A DNA stretch of 64,000 nt, from NCBI GenBank assembly GCA_030650875.1, contig JAUSDK010000229.1, positions 9,357 to 73,356 of the forward strand, in the 5' to 3' direction. The position numbers and the translations under genes were made by a program. Positions 56,484 to 64,000 of the stretch are shown in pieces; positions within the stretch are counted from its first letter, which is position 1; each line of letters starts with the position of its first letter. The DNA is from Polaromonas sp. (GTDB lineage: Bacteria > Pseudomonadota > Gammaproteobacteria > Burkholderiales > Burkholderiaceae_C). A model generated the notes under the pieces. That model saw nothing but the letters and a program-made list of their open reading frames with translations. It searched no databases and had not been told where the DNA came from.

Positions 56484-57713
56484 ATGGCCAAAGAATACAA
56501 AGAGCTGGTGGTCGGGTTGGACATCGGAACCAGCAAGGTGATGGCCGTGGTAGCCGAGGTCATGCCGGGCGGCGAGCTCAAGCTCGCCGGCCTGGGCATT
56601 GCCTACAGCAACGGGCTCAAGCGCGGTGTCGTGGTCAATATCGACGCCACGGTCCAAAGCATTCAGCAGGCGCTCAAGGAAGCCGAGCTGATGGCTGACT
56701 GCAAGATCGCCCGCGTGTATACCGGCATCACGGGTAGCCATATTCGCGGCATCAATTCCAGCGGCATGGTGGCCGTCAAAGACAAGGAGGTCACGCAGGC
56801 CGATGTGGCCCGCGTGATTGAAACGGCCAAGGCCATCAACATCTCGACCGACCAGCGCTTGCTGCTGGTCGAGCCGCAGGAATTCGTGATTGATGGCCAG
56901 GATGTGCGGGAACCCATCGGCATGAGCGGCATCCGCCTGGAGGCCAAGGTGCACATCGTGACCGGCGCGCAAAGTGCCGCTGAAAACATCATCAAATGCG
57001 TTCGCCGCTGCGGGCTGGAGGTGGACCAGCTGATGCTCAACCCGCTGGCTTCCAGCCTGTCGGTGCTGACGCAGGATGAGCGCGAACTCGGCGTGGCGCT
57101 GGTCGACATTGGCGCCGGCACCACCGACGTCGCCATCTTCACCGGCGGTGCCATCCGGCATACCGCGGTGATACCGATTGCAGGCGACCTGATCACCAGC
57201 GACATCGCCATGGCGTTGCGCACGCCCACCAAGGACGCCGAGGACATCAAGGTTGAAAGCGGCTGTGCCAAGCAGTTGCTGGCCGACCCTGACACCCAGG
57301 TGGAAGTGCCCGGTCTTGGGGACCGAAGCCCGCGCATGTTGAGCAAGCAGGCGCTGGCGGGCGTGATTGAACCGCGCGTGGAAGAGATCTATTCGCTGGT
57401 CCAGCAGGTGATCCGCGAATCGGGCTATGAGGAAGTGTTGTCTTCGGGCATTGTGATCACCGGCGGCAGCGTGATGATGCCCGGTATGGTGGAGTTGGGC
57501 GAGGACATCTTTCTCAAGCCGGTGCGGCGCGGCATACCACGCTACTCCAGCGCGTTGTCCGACATGGTGGCCCAGGCAAGAGCTGCTACGGTCATGGGTT
57601 TGCTGGAAGAAGCCCGGATGGCGCGCATGCGGGGCTACAAGGTGGCGCAAAAGGCGGGCAGCATGCACAACGCTTTTGGCCGCGTCAAAGACTGGTTCGT
57701 GGGGAATTTCTGA
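56484..57713 (+). CDS. ftsA: Cell division protein FtsA
   Basis: GLDIGTSK, DIGAGTT, TGG, amphipathic C-terminus. Confidence 0.97.
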   Translation: MAKEYKELVVGLDIGTSKVMAVVAEVMPGGELKLAGLGIAYSNGLKRGVVVNIDATVQSIQQALKEAELMADCKIARVYTGITGSHIRGINSSGMVAVKDKEVTQADVARVIETAKAINISTDQRLLLVEPQEFVIDGQDVREPIGMSGIRLEAKVHIVTGAQSAAENIIKCVRRCGLEVDQLMLNPLASSLSVLTQDERELGVALVDIGAGTTDVAIFTGGAIRHTAVIPIAGDLITSDIAMALRTPTKDAEDIKVESGCAKQLLADPDTQVEVPGLGDRSPRMLSKQALAGVIEPRVEEIYSLVQQVIRESGYEEVLSSGIVITGGSVMMPGMVELGEDIFLKPVRRGIPRYSSALSDMVAQARAATVMGLLEEARMARMRGYKVAQKAGSMHNAFGRVKDWFVGNF

Positions 57714-57865
57714 TGAACAACCTGTCTTGCTTCATGAGCCGTCCTTCGCGTGGTGTCCATTCCGGAGGCGCCGATCCGCCTGCCTGACAGGGCGCTACCA
57801 AGCGTGTCAATCACAACAACTTTTTTAAATTTTGGCAACCCTAATTTATCGACAGGAGGCTCCCA

Positions 57866-59095
57866 ATGAGCATCGAAATGATTGAAATCGAAGAGTTCAA
57901 CCAAGGTACACAGATCAAGGTCATCGGTGTCGGCGGCGGCGGCGGCAACGCCGTCGGGCACATGATTGCCTGCGGCGTGCAGGGTGTCGAGTTCATCTGC
58001 GCCAACACCGATGCGCAGGCGCTTGGCCGCGGCAGCGCGCACAAGACCATCCAGCTGGGTGGCAGCGGCCTGGGTGCCGGCAGCAAGCCCGACCGGGGCC
58101 GTGAGGCGGCCGAACTGGCGGTTGATGACATTCGCAGTGCCATTGCCGGTGCGCACATGCTGTTCATCACGGCCGGCATGGGCGGCGGTACCGGCACCGG
58201 CGCCGCCCCCGTGATTGCACGCGTGGCCAAGGAAATGGGTATTTTGACGGTCGGCGTGGTGACCAAGCCTTTTGAGTTCGAAGGCGGCCGCCGCATGACC
58301 AATGCCGACCAGGGCTTGACCGAGCTGGAGGCCAATGTCGACTCGCTGATCGTCGTGCTCAATGAAAAGCTGCTCGAGGTTCTGGGCGATGACGTGACCC
58401 AGGACGAAGCCTTTGCCCATGCCAACGACGTGCTGAAAAATGCCGTAGGCGGCATTGCCGAGATCATCAACGTGCCCGGTCACGTCAACGTCGACTTCGA
58501 GGACGTGCGCACCGTCATGGGTGAGCCCGGCAAGGCCATGATGGGTACGGCCAAGGCCAACGGTCCGGACCGCGCGCGTATTGCCGCTGAGCAAGCCGTC
58601 GCCTGCCCCCTGCTCGAAGGCATTGATCTGTCGGGCGCCAAGGGCGTGCTGGTGCTGATCACGGCCGCCAAAGGCTCGCTCAAACTCAGCGAGTCCAGGC
58701 TGGCCATGAACACCATCCGCGCCTACGCATCGCCCGATGCGCATGTGATCTACGGCACGGCCTACGACGACGAACTCGGGGATGAAATCCGTGTCACCGT
58801 GGTCGCCACCGGCCTGAGCCGCCAGGGCGTGCGGCGCCAGGCACCGCCGCTGCAGGTGCTGCGCACCGGCACCGACAACGTGCAGTTCACCATTCCGACG
58901 CTCAATGCGGTGTCGAATGGGAGCGGTGCTGCGCACACCACCATGGGGTCGGCGCAGCCCGATTACGGCAACATGACCGTGCCCAGCGTGTGGCGCACCA
59001 ACCGCACGCAGGCGGCGGCCAAGGTCGATGCGCTGGCCTCCGGCGGCATGGATGACTTCGAGATCCCGGCTTTCCTGCGCAAGCAGGCGGACTGA
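57866..59095 (+). CDS. ftsZ: Cell division protein FtsZ
   Basis: GGGTGTG tubulin signature, NVDFEDV, IPAFLRKQAD tail. Confidence 0.98.
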   Translation: MSIEMIEIEEFNQGTQIKVIGVGGGGGNAVGHMIACGVQGVEFICANTDAQALGRGSAHKTIQLGGSGLGAGSKPDRGREAAELAVDDIRSAIAGAHMLFITAGMGGGTGTGAAPVIARVAKEMGILTVGVVTKPFEFEGGRRMTNADQGLTELEANVDSLIVVLNEKLLEVLGDDVTQDEAFAHANDVLKNAVGGIAEIINVPGHVNVDFEDVRTVMGEPGKAMMGTAKANGPDRARIAAEQAVACPLLEGIDLSGAKGVLVLITAAKGSLKLSESRLAMNTIRAYASPDAHVIYGTAYDDELGDEIRVTVVATGLSRQGVRRQAPPLQVLRTGTDNVQFTIPTLNAVSNGSGAAHTTMGSAQPDYGNMTVPSVWRTNRTQAAAKVDALASGGMDDFEIPAFLRKQAD

Positions 59096-59115
59096 GAAGG
59101 CCACGCGCAAGCCTC

Positions 59116-59150
59116 GGGCCTGCACCCACCTTGACGGGTGCTGCAGGCCC
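59116..59150. other. GC-rich stem-loop between ftsZ and lpxC
   Basis: GGGCCTGCA..CCC/GGG..TGCAGGCCC inverted repeat without a U-tract. Confidence 0.5.
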
Positions 59151-59209
59151 GGCGCACGCCGCTAAATCCTTGCGCCGCGCTGGGCGCATGCGCCCCTTAA
59201 AATAGTGGC

Positions 59210-60133
59210 ATGCTCGCTCAAAGAACCCTCAAATCCCTGACCAAGGCCGTTGGCGTGGGTCTTCACAGCGGCCAGCGGGTGGAGTTGACCTTGCGGCCGG
59301 CGCCGCCGGACACCGGGATTGTGTTCAGGCGCGTCGACTTGCCGCAGGCAGTCGACATCGTGGTGTCGGCAGAGGCCGTGACCGACACCCGCCTTGCGTC
59401 CACCATTTCAAGCGGTAGCGCCAAGGTGCACACCGTCGAGCACCTGATGTCGGCCTGCGCCGGCCTGGGGCTGGACAACCTGATCATCGACATCACGGCC
59501 GACGAGGTGCCCATTCTGGACGGTTCGGCGTCTTCGTTTGTCTTTTTGCTGCAGTCCGCTGGCATTGCGCGGCAGGCGGCACCCAAGCGATTTGTCCGCG
59601 TCATCCATCCGGTGGAAGTACGGGAAGGCGAGGGCGCCAACGTCAAGTGGGCGCGCCTGGACCCCTACGAGGGCTACAAGCTGAGCTTTGAAATTGACTT
59701 TGACCACCCGGCCGTCGACTCTACCGGCCAGCGCGTGGCCTTCGACCTGGGCTCGGGCTCCTACAGCCGCGACATCGCCCGCGCCCGCACCTTTGGCTTT
59801 ACCAAGGACGTGGAGGCCATGCGCACCAACGGGCTGGCACTGGGCGGCGGGCTGGACAACGCCATCGTCATGGATGACTACAAGGTGCTCAACACCGATG
59901 GCCTGCGCTACAACGATGAGTTCGTGAAACACAAGATTCTCGACGCCATGGGCGACCTGTATTTGCTGGGCAAGCCGATGCTGGCCGCTTACAGCGCTTT
60001 TCGCTCTGGCCATGCCATGAACAACAAGTTGCTGCGTGCGCTGCTGGCCCACCCCGAGGCCTACGAAGTCGTCACGTTTGAAGACGAGCGCCATGCACCG
60101 GCCGGTTTTGCCACCCTGGCGCGTGCCTGGTAG
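59210..60133 (+). CDS. lpxC: UDP-3-O-acyl-GlcNAc deacetylase
   Basis: GVGLHSG, TVEHL, DGS, ARTFGF, HKILD. Confidence 0.97.
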   Translation: MLAQRTLKSLTKAVGVGLHSGQRVELTLRPAPPDTGIVFRRVDLPQAVDIVVSAEAVTDTRLASTISSGSAKVHTVEHLMSACAGLGLDNLIIDITADEVPILDGSASSFVFLLQSAGIARQAAPKRFVRVIHPVEVREGEGANVKWARLDPYEGYKLSFEIDFDHPAVDSTGQRVAFDLGSGSYSRDIARARTFGFTKDVEAMRTNGLALGGGLDNAIVMDDYKVLNTDGLRYNDEFVKHKILDAMGDLYLLGKPMLAAYSAFRSGHAMNNKLLRALLAHPEAYEVVTFEDERHAPAGFATLARAW

Positions 60134-60153
60134 CGCGTTCAGGAACTCACACC

Positions 60154-60330
60154 ATGATAGTGGCCCGTGTCCTCATCCTGCTCTTGCTCCTGAGTGCGGC
60201 GCTGTCCTTCGTGTTGTACGCGGTTACGGGGCAGCCGCGCTACAAGCGTGTTGGCCTGAACATTCTCAGGGGGACGATGATCGCCGGGTTTGTATTTTTT
60301 GCGGTGTTGATCGCGCAGCACCTGGCCTGA
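60154..60330 (+). CDS. Small two-TM membrane protein (58 aa), absent from the ORF track
   Basis: AGGA RBS; MIVARVLILLLLLSAALSFVLYAVTGQPRYKRVGLNILRGTMIAGFVFFAVLIAQHLA. Confidence 0.75.
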   Translation: MIVARVLILLLLLSAALSFVLYAVTGQPRYKRVGLNILRGTMIAGFVFFAVLIAQHLA

Positions 60331-60342
60331 ATCGACCTTGCG

Positions 60343-60891
60343 TCAGTAGTGGCGGCCCGCCTTGTAGGACGCACTGGAATTCGGTTTTAATGCGGTGGCG
60401 GCTGCCAAAATAGCCGCTGAACGCCCGACATGCGCGTGGGTAATGGCCAGCCCCAAGGCGTCGGCCGCATCTTTTCCGGGCAGCGACGGCAGCTTCAAGA
60501 GGCGCATGACCATCTCCTGCACCTCCGCTTTGCCTGCCTTGCCATAGCCTGCAACGGCTTTTTTCATTTGCAGCGCGGTGTACTCGGCTACAGCCAAGTC
60601 GCTGGACACCAGCCCGGTGATGCAGGCGCCGCGCGCCTGGCCCAGCAGCAGCGTGGCCTGCGGGTTGACGTTCACGAAGACAATTTCCACCGATGCAACG
60701 TCGGGTTGGTAGCGCTGCACCACCTCCCTCACACCGTCAAACAGCACCTTCAGACGGGCCGGTAAATCGCTGCGTGCCAGGTGGGTGGTCTTGATGGTGC
60801 CGCTGGCCACGTAGTTCAGTTGTGCGCCTTCGACATCGATGACGCCAAAGCCGGCGATCTGCAGACCGGGATCGATACCTAAAATACGCAT
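60343..60891 (-). CDS. ruvC: Holliday junction resolvase
   Basis: [24 protein letters not shown]. Confidence 0.96.
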   Translation of the reverse strand: MRILGIDPGLQIAGFGVIDVEGAQLNYVASGTIKTTHLARSDLPARLKVLFDGVREVVQRYQPDVASVEIVFVNVNPQATLLLGQARGACITGLVSSDLAVAEYTALQMKKAVAGYGKAGKAEVQEMVMRLLKLPSLPGKDAADALGLAITHAHVGRSAAILAAATALKPNSSASYKAGRHY

Positions 60892-60893
60892 TT

Positions 60894-60946
60894 GCTATAC
60901 ATGTTGTAGCGTATCGTGCCCGCTCCTGTTCGGCTCCAGGATAAAA
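60894..60946 (-). repeat. Copy of dispersed 53-bp bipartite motif (abutting ruvC start)
   Basis: Reverse complement reads TTTTATCCTGGAGCCG-N20-GCTACAACATGTATAGC. Confidence 0.75.
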
Positions 60947-60982
60947 ATTTCACCATGATGGTGTGCGGTGAGTGCGCCATCC

Positions 60983-61729
60983 TCACGGCAGTTCCACGCC
61001 GCCCATGCGCGCCACGATGGTGCGGGCGCGTGCGGCGAGGTAGCCGGACTGGGGCCAGGTTTCAAAGTATTTCGGCCGCGGCAGCATCACCGCCAGGCGG
61101 GCCGCTTCATAGGCGCTCAATTGGGACGCGGGCTTGCGGAAGTAGCGCTGGGCGGCAGCCTCCGCACCAAAAACGCCTTCTCCCCACTCCACGTTGTTCA
61201 GATAGATTTCCAGAATGCGCTGCTTGCTCAGCAGGGCTTCAAGCAGCAGCGACAGCACCAACTCCTGGCCCTTGCGCAGCAGCGTGCGCTCACCGGACAG
61301 GAAGAGGTTCTTGGCCAGTTGCTGCGTGATGGTCGAGCCGCCGATGATCCTGGGCGGTTTCAGGTTCAGCGTGGATGACCTGACCCCCGCCCGGTTGGCT
61401 GATTGGGCAGCGCGCTCCTCGGCTTTGGCATTCTTCTCCCAGGCCTTCTCCAGCGCCACCATGTCCACGCCCTCGTGTTCGATGAAGCTTGCGTCCTCGG
61501 AGGCGATGACCGCGCGTTTCAGGTGGCTGGACAAACCTGCATAGGGCACCCACTGCTGGCGCCATTTCAGGGTGCCCTTGTTCGTGGCAATGAGGTAGGC
61601 TTCCGAGCGCTGAAAGGCCGTGGACTCGGGATCGAGAACCGCCATCATGGCGATGCGTGCTACAAAATAAAGCTGCAAGGCCAGCGCCGCCAGCAGCACC
61701 AGGCCTAGCCACTTGAGCGCCGCTTTCAT
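60983..61729 (-). CDS. mtgA: Monofunctional peptidoglycan transglycosylase
   Basis: SEDASF..HEG, GGSTITQQLAKNL, RKGQE, YLN; ATGA overlap with aroE. Confidence 0.93.
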   Translation of the reverse strand: MKAALKWLGLVLLAALALQLYFVARIAMMAVLDPESTAFQRSEAYLIATNKGTLKWRQQWVPYAGLSSHLKRAVIASEDASFIEHEGVDMVALEKAWEKNAKAEERAAQSANRAGVRSSTLNLKPPRIIGGSTITQQLAKNLFLSGERTLLRKGQELVLSLLLEALLSKQRILEIYLNNVEWGEGVFGAEAAAQRYFRKPASQLSAYEAARLAVMLPRPKYFETWPQSGYLAARARTIVARMGGVELP

Positions 61730-62565
61730 CCGAGCAGCACCCGTATTTCCTGCAGCACCTGCGCCGAAGGTGGGCGCACCTTGCGCCACAAGGCAAACGA
61801 TTCCGCGGCCTGTTCCACCAGCATGCCCAAGCCGTCGCGCGGCGTTGCGCCGTGTTCGCGGGCCCAGGTCATGAAGTCCGCGGCAGCAGGGCCGTACATC
61901 ATGTCGTAGGCCAGGGCGCCAGGCTTCAGGACGCGGCCATTAACTGGCACGCCAGCACCCGCCAGACTGCTCGCGCTGGCGTTGATGACAACATCAAAAG
62001 AGCCCTCCAGCCCTTCTATATCATGCGTAACAAGCTCTGTTTTTTGTAGCGCGCTTTGCAGCGACGGGTGTGACTGGTGGAATTGTGCCAGCGCATCGGC
62101 CCGGGCTTTGGTGCGGTTGACGAGCACCAGCCGGCGCGGACCGGCCGCCAGCAATGGGCCCAGCACGCCCGCGCCCGCGCCGCCGGCCCCTATGAGCAGC
62201 ACGTCACGCTCCGCGAGTTCGACACCGGCGTTGTTCTGGATGTCATTGACCAGTCCCACACCATCGGTGTTGTCGGCGTGGATGGCGCTGCCGTCGAGCA
62301 CAAGCGTGTTGGCCGCCTGTGCCAGTTGCGCCCGGTCGGTGCGCGTGCCGGCCGCCTGGAACGCTTCGAATTTGAAGGGCACCGTGACGTTGCAGCCGCG
62401 CGCGCCGCTACGCACCAATTGCGCCAGCGTGGCTGAAAAGCCATCGAGCGGCGTCAGCATGCGCTCGTAGCAAAGGGATTGACCCGTCAGTTCTGCAAAG
62501 CGCGCGTGAATCAGTGGTGATTTGCTGTGGGCGATCGGGTTGCCCATGACGTAATACTTGTCCAT
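61726..62565 (-). CDS. aroE: Shikimate dehydrogenase
   Basis: GNPIAHSKSP, NVTVPFK, NTDG, GAGGA, DGLGMLVEQA. Confidence 0.95.
   Translation of the reverse strand: MDKYYVMGNPIAHSKSPLIHARFAELTGQSLCYERMLTPLDGFSATLAQLVRSGARGCNVTVPFKFEAFQAAGTRTDRAQLAQAANTLVLDGSAIHADNTDGVGLVNDIQNNAGVELAERDVLLIGAGGAGAGVLGPLLAAGPRRLVLVNRTKARADALAQFHQSHPSLQSALQKTELVTHDIEGLEGSFDVVINASASSLAGAGVPVNGRVLKPGALAYDMMYGPAAADFMTWAREHGATPRDGLGMLVEQAAESFALWRKVRPPSAQVLQEIRVLLG
61998..62050 (+). repeat. Copy of dispersed 53-bp bipartite motif (inside aroE)
   Basis: AAGAGCCCTCCAGCCC-N20-GCTCTGTTTTTTGTAGC. Confidence 0.8.
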
Positions 62566-62633
62566 GACGGGGCTTGGGCTGGTTTTAAATGGTTACCCGT
62601 GACGGGAGGAGTGGGGTGGCGCCAGGGCCGTGT

Positions 62634-63482
62634 TCAGCGGGCCGTGAGCGTGGTTTCAAGGGCGTCGTCGCGCGTGAACTTGAACCGCGACACCACCACA
62701 ATCTGGTCCGCCTCGCGGCGCATGGCATCGCTGAATCGGCCAAATGGGCCTGTACCGCGAACGATGTTTTGCGCCCGCCGGTCCAGTGTCAGGTTGCCCG
62801 AGGTCTCGGCCACTTCGGTGTCCAGGATGCGGCCATCAAAATTGACCGTCACGATCATGGTCAGCGCGCCATACAGTTTTTTACCGGCCTGCTCGGGGAA
62901 ATTGACGGTGCCTTTGTCTTCAATCTTGCGCCGCAGCTCGTCGTAGTAAACCGCATAGACCTTTTCGCGCGTGGCCGGGCTGATGTAGCGTTTTTTGGGC
63001 CGCGCATTTTCTTCATTGATGCGTTTTTCTATCTCGGCCAGGATCTTGATCAGCTGCTGCCGCCTTTGCTCACGCTCGGCCCGCGCCGGATTGTTGGCGG
63101 GCTGCGTCAGGTCCGGCGGCGGCATCGACGCCAGCTGCTTCTTGATCTGCGCCAGCAGCTGGGTTTGCTGCGCCTGCAGCGACTCCACCTTGCGCTCGGC
63201 ATCCTCGGCCGCATCGCCCAGTTCCATCAGGGCGGAGGGCGGCAGCGGCGAGGTCGCGCGGCCTGCTTCAAGCTCGCCGCCGCCGGCCAGCGAGGCCTGG
63301 GCAATGGCTTTGGCAAAGTCCGGCTTTTCATTGGATTTGGCGTTGACCAGAATGACTTCCAGCGGCGTGTCCTGAAAGACGCGGTTAAAGCGTTCCGGGT
63401 CGACAAAGCGCACGGTCAGCAGCACCGCATGCAAGGCAATCGAGGCACCCAGGGCAATTTGCAGTGTGTTTGGTGGCTTCAC
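62634..63482 (-). CDS. TonB-family protein (TonB C-terminal domain)
   Basis: S..LH TM anchor motif, SG..LD.RA C-terminal domain. Confidence 0.85.
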   Translation of the reverse strand: MKPPNTLQIALGASIALHAVLLTVRFVDPERFNRVFQDTPLEVILVNAKSNEKPDFAKAIAQASLAGGGELEAGRATSPLPPSALMELGDAAEDAERKVESLQAQQTQLLAQIKKQLASMPPPDLTQPANNPARAEREQRRQQLIKILAEIEKRINEENARPKKRYISPATREKVYAVYYDELRRKIEDKGTVNFPEQAGKKLYGALTMIVTVNFDGRILDTEVAETSGNLTLDRRAQNIVRGTGPFGRFSDAMRREADQIVVVSRFKFTRDDALETTLTAR

Positions 63483-63512
63483 AGCAGGTAATTATCTGGT
63501 CTGTTGCGGCTT

Positions 63513-64000
63513 TTAAGCGGTGGCGACGGGCTGGCTCGCCGCATCTGCATCCCCGGGGTTCTCGTTGACATCCACGGCAATCGAGATCGGACCGGCAGCC
63601 ATTTCGGACTCGCCATCGTCTTCCTCAGCCTGCACCGCAGCGTCATCGTCGGGCGCGGTGTCCAGCCGCTCGATCACGGTGCCCGAGATGTCCAGCGTGA
63701 TTTCGTCGATCGCCCCGAGCTTGACGCGCACCCGGGCGCCGCGCGGCAAGCCCTGCGCCCCCAGCGCCGACAACACCAGCGGCAGCTCGTCGGCCCGCAC
63801 CAGGTTGTCCTTGAATGCGGTGGCGGTCAACTCGGTGATGGCGTTTTGCTGCAGGTACTTGAGCGTCCAGTAGCGCTCGATGCCAGCCTGGAAACTGTTA
63901 TAGGCACTGTAGGCGGCATCAAAGCAGGAGATGATCGAAAAAAGCTCGGCATCCTTGGGCTTGAAGGGGGCGGCCAGCGCGGCGGTGCGGCCATGCCGCA
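63513..64000 (-). CDS. RNase II/RNB-domain exoribonuclease, 3' part (truncated by window end)
   Basis: ..PFKPKDAELFSIISCFDAAY..ERYWTLKYLQQ; position upstream of tonB-aroE-mtgA. Confidence 0.75.
   Translation of the reverse strand, partial: RHGRTAALAAPFKPKDAELFSIISCFDAAYSAYNSFQAGIERYWTLKYLQQNAITELTATAFKDNLVRADELPLVLSALGAQGLPRGARVRVKLGAIDEITLDISGTVIERLDTAPDDDAAVQAEEDDGESEMAAGPISIAVDVNENPGDADAASQPVATA

Noticed and set aside
43605-59125. Many long minus-strand ORFs across the dcw cluster
   Set aside because: Antisense shadows of highly biased essential genes.

Overview
GC-rich betaproteobacterial chromosome segment. Gene content and protein style suggest Comamonadaceae, Polaromonas-like (inference). 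It is almost all core genome: petABC-sspAB, tRNA-Thr(TGT), dciA-like/M23/secA-argJ, proS/rppH, proB-obgE-rpmA-rplU, ispB-pyrC, htpX, cysK, RNase P RNA, dapF-DUF484-xerC, rlmI, COG0523 GTPase-dksA, the complete dcw cluster (mraZ to ftsZ-lpxC), ruvC, mtgA-aroE-tonB and a partial RNase II. I saw no prophage, IS, CRISPR array or defence island. The most notable unexplained signal is a dispersed, fixed-geometry 53-bp bipartite DNA motif (A/T-led box ending ~AGCCC, a 20-bp variable spacer, then quasi-palindromic GCTAY-W7-RTAGC). It has at least 8 clear copies, six of them inside protein-coding genes, which suggests a genome-wide protein-binding site system or a domesticated repeat. Other leads are an in-frame multi-hairpin insertion in rlmI, an IscR paralogue lacking all Fe-S ligands divergent from nhaR, a one-Cys DksA with a long Ala/Lys/Pro tail and structured leader, a 7TM-DISM-like pseudogene relic and a Nudix-MBL fusion. 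All calls come from reading the sequence; no database search was run.
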